Positions 60,515 through 64,000 of a stretch of 64,000 bases of DNA are shown piece by piece (the stretch's first letter is position 1; each line of letters opens with the position of its first letter). The notes beneath the pieces were generated by a model. The model did no database searches. It was given only the letters and a program-made list of their open reading frames with translations, and was not told the origin of the DNA. Where the stretch lies: contig NC_087437.1 of the NCBI RefSeq assembly GCF_036321535.1, positions 22,136,001-22,200,000 of the forward strand, in the 5' to 3' direction. This DNA is from Camelus dromedarius (taxonomy: Eukaryota). The translations under genes were made by a program, and so were the position numbers.

Positions 60515-60755
60515 GTATTTACCATCCTAAGTACTTTATGCAATTTTAACTCATTAAATTTCAAGCAACTCTGTCAGCAGGGGCTATAATTATCATCATC
60601 TGCATCATACACACGGAGAAGCTGAGAACGGTGGCACAGAGAGGTTAAGTACCTAACGCAGGCTGCACAGTTAATAAATGAGATTAAAACTGGGATTCAA
60701 ATGCAGGAAGTCTGGCTCCAGAGTCCGTGGCCTGAAACTCTATGCCAGCCTGTCT
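60515..60755. mobile_element. MIR SINE
   Basis: GGCACAGAGAGGTTAAGTA...CTGGGATTCAAATGCAGGAAGTCTGGCTCCAGAG. Confidence 0.7.
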
Positions 60756-62759
60756 GCATTCAAACGCGGCTTGAGTTTATGATAATTCCACTGCTGCGGG
60801 GTTCAGATGTCCGTATCGTGAACTGACATGTTTACCAAACATTCAAACCATGATTTTCAAAAGTGCCCAGTATATAAGTCCTTACCTTAAAAAGACGGTT
60901 GATTAGAATTTGACCACAAGAGACTCCATTAATGTTTCTCTGGGCCAATAAAAAGGAAAGACCTAATTAGCATTTCTCAAAATGTGTTCCTTGCAGGAAT
61001 GCCCCTTCAGGATGGTCCCTGTGAAGTGGTTTCTATCATCAAATAAGTTTGGCGAACTTCACATGCTGTATTGGTATATTTGAGATTCACCAGACACATA
61101 CTAAAGGTACAGAAGCGTCCCTCAGGAAAGACACCTGGTTAACTTTTCTCAACCTAATTTACCAAGTTAAGCTGACCAATTTTTGTGAAATTATATTCAC
61201 AAAATAATAATATCCTGTAGAACCAGTGTTGTATAATTTCAATCTGATTCCTTAAAAATCAAAGAAGGCAAGCAAAAAAGGGCTGGAAAAAAAATGACCA
61301 AGAAGTGAAACCATGATACACATGGTTGTCTTTTTTGCCTGTGAGGTCTAAATTCATCTTTTAAGGTCTATGATAATCTGCTGAGCTGACATTTCCCACC
61401 GTGGACTAACACTGTTGGATTTCTTCCCGACGCGGTCAGCTCTCGATGTGAGTTTGGAAGTATAGTGGTGGACCTCACTTGCCCTCCCTGTGTGTGCTGC
61501 AGCATCTCCTCAAATAGCCGTGTTTTTTTTTTTTTTCTTTTGACATTTTCAAGTGATTTCTAAATGCTCAAAAAGGGCAGATTCTAAACGCAGATATGGT
61601 GAGAAATTCTGTTACTTATCTGAGAGGAACAGCTATAGAGTGTGCACGTGTATGTGAAAGAGATCTTTTTAAAACACAGAAATGAGAGAGAGAGAGAAAG
61701 AGAGAAACTTGATGTAGGGATTTGTTATTTACTGAAGACTCTGTCATCATCGCAATCACTTCATGTTTGAACTTGCCTACACATCTGGGGGCTGGAATTC
61801 CCAGCCACATTCTAAGACTATGGTTAAGAACTGTATTCTATCTCTGCTACCATAACACTCACTCTCTCTTTCTGTCTCATCACCGTCAGGTTTAAGTTTA
61901 CTGTATTTTAGACAACTGGTTCCCACTGTGTTCATTTCTTTGTTTCTTCTTCCTCTTCCTGGTGGGAGTCACCTGACACCCCTACCCCGGTCTCTTGGTC
62001 CCTCTGAACAAGCCAGCAGTCCCAAGAGCAGCACAGAGAACGACTTCCCCCTCTCACAGTCATCACTGCGGCTCCCGTTTCTCCCCCTCAGCCGGGCTCC
62101 CAAAGTTCGGGACGGTCAGGAACCACTGTCACGTGGACCCTCAGTGCTGTTCTTCAATTTTCCATTAGACTTGGGCCTGCTCTGGCAGGGAGGAAACTGC
62201 TCTCTGGAAGTAAACTTGTGACCTGTGCAAAATGAATTCACTTTTCCGCGGCACCAGAGAGCTATTTAGTAAATTACTTTCATTGCACAGAACACCACCT
62301 TGGTGTCCTGGAAGATGGAACTGGTGTCACACAGGTGAGCTACTCTCTCCCCAAGCAGAAGTGTTCCTCCACAAAGGGCTCGGGGTACCGACAAGCCTGA
62401 GGCCCCCAGCTGCCCTGAGGGACGCTTGGCTGAGGGTCTGCTGGGGCAGGGCAAGCCTGGGGAGTGTGTTTGACCCCTGAAGCTTCTAGAACTGGATGAG
62501 GAGGGTTTTCGGGGGACCCTTCAAACGGAATTCTTGACCACAGTTTGCTGCAGTGACATCAGTTGTGATGACAACAGCAATGGTAAGAACTTATTTAGCT
62601 CCTATCAAATCCCAGCACAGTGGAATGGAAATACTTCACAAGCATATGTCAGTTACTTTAGCAACAACAGTGTGAGGTAGGTTTTGGAATTATTTTATGG
62701 ATGATAAATTGAGATTTTGAGGGTTAAGCCCCACACTTAAGGTCATTCATGTAAGAGGG

Positions 62760-63800
62760 GAGAAGGGAGGAGAGTCCAGGAGAGGGGGGAGAGGGACTGA
62801 ACTCAGGCAGAACGGTAGAGGTGGCGGCAGCGTGACGGACTGTCGATCATGGTCTTGAATTTAGGGTGGGACCTGTCAGCCTGTTGGTGTGCTTTTCTCC
62901 AGCCACATCCAGCTGGAGTGTGTAGGCGGGAATCAAGGAGAGTGTGGGATGTCACTGGGCTGTGTTTTTTTTCAGATGAAAAAGAAGAAAGGAAGAAAGG
63001 GAAAGGGAGTGATGACAATGGTGAACCATCCAATCTAAGTTGTGTAGGGAGAGGAGTGAGAATCTGAGCAGTAAAAATGGTAGGATCAATAGATTTTCTC
63101 CTGGTGGAGTCAGAGTTGTTGCAGTTGGAGTATCAGAGAGATGGATGAAGAGATAGTAATTGTTGAACAGACAGCAGGAGATTTAAACTGAGATCATAAA
63201 GAGCATGTGATTATTGTTACTGGCAAGATTTAATGTGTGACTATGTGCATGGATAGCTGAGGTAGCTCAGTGGTGGGGGGAGAAGGGGAGTTGGTCTAGG
63301 AATTGGGAAGCCAGAATATTGGAAGTTTCCTTTATGTGGATCTTGAAATCAACCAGTCTTAGGACAGACATGTGCTTTTTGTGAACTTGGAGCTAACAGC
63401 AATGAGGGAGTGTGACGAGGGTCTAGAGGTGACCTCAAGAGGAGAGGCAGTGGACGTCTAGGCTGCTGTCCGGCCACGCACATCTGGGATATTTAGGGAG
63501 AAGCGAGATATCAGTGAGGAGCAAGTCCACCTCCAGGCCCAGGGATATGATGACCATGAGGGGGAAAATAGCCCATGACATGTGAGGGCCGAAGGGAAAG
63601 CAGTGCCCTCAGAACACAGGCAGTTTCCGTTGGAGCGGGGAGGTGACAGGGTGTTCAGAAAAGATGTTGCGGTGTGCTGCGGGATTCTGTTGATGTGCAG
63701 TGAGTTTCAGCAGACACAGCAGGAGAGTCTCAGGAGTTGGGGACAGGTGGGAGAGAGAATCAGGCTAGAGGATGTCTGAGGTGGGAGCTGGGGTGTAAGG
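62760..63800 (-). mobile_element. Probable degraded L2 internal fragment
   Basis: Purine-rich degenerate sequence with L2-like phrases (e.g. TTATGTGGATCTTGAAATC, GAACTTGGAGCTAA). Weak recognition. Confidence 0.4.
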
Positions 63801-64000
63801 GGTGACCTGGAGTCACCTGTCTGTGGAGGCTGAGAAGCAGGGGGGAGGAGTATGGTGGGATTCATCCAGATGGGCTCTCCAGCAGACAGTGATGTCGAGG
63901 CTGTGAGTGTTGGTGGTGGGAGGGAGGTGGGAAGAGGGTGTGGGTCCTTCCCAGGAACACACAAATCTCTGGGGGCTTTTCTTGTTCTTTGCCAATGAGG

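Noticed and set aside
1..64000. Exons of neighbouring genes (U2SURP, SLC9A9 by recalled mammalian synteny)
   Set aside because: No peptide in the ORF track or in my reading matched them. They likely lie outside the window, though short exons could be missed.

Overview
Mammalian genomic DNA, probably a camelid (Camelus/Vicugna), judged from four tRNA-derived Vic-1-like SINEs and the L1 3' tails. There is one clear protein-coding gene: CHST2 (GlcNAc-6-O-sulfotransferase 1; + strand, single coding exon, CDS 7988-9580, 530 aa, second in-frame Met at 8129). It sits in a large CpG island with a predicted 106-nt 5'UTR intron (7700-7805). The remaining ~52 kb is repeat-rich intergenic sequence (L1, L2, MIR, MaLR/ERV LTRs, hAT MERs, microsatellites). 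The most interesting signal is the CHST2 leader. It has two TGATG stop-start overlaps; in one, a 53-aa Pro/Arg-rich uORF with a perfect Kozak context ends with a stop codon sharing its A with the first CHST2 AUG. Other candidates are a chain of minus-strand splice sites suggesting a convergent antisense RNA, a 4x NBRE tandem repeat upstream of the promoter, a solo LTR with intact-looking promoter motifs, a possible hAT transposase fossil and a strong retroelement strand bias. Repeat family names and boundaries come from recall of consensus sequences, not from a search, and are approximate.
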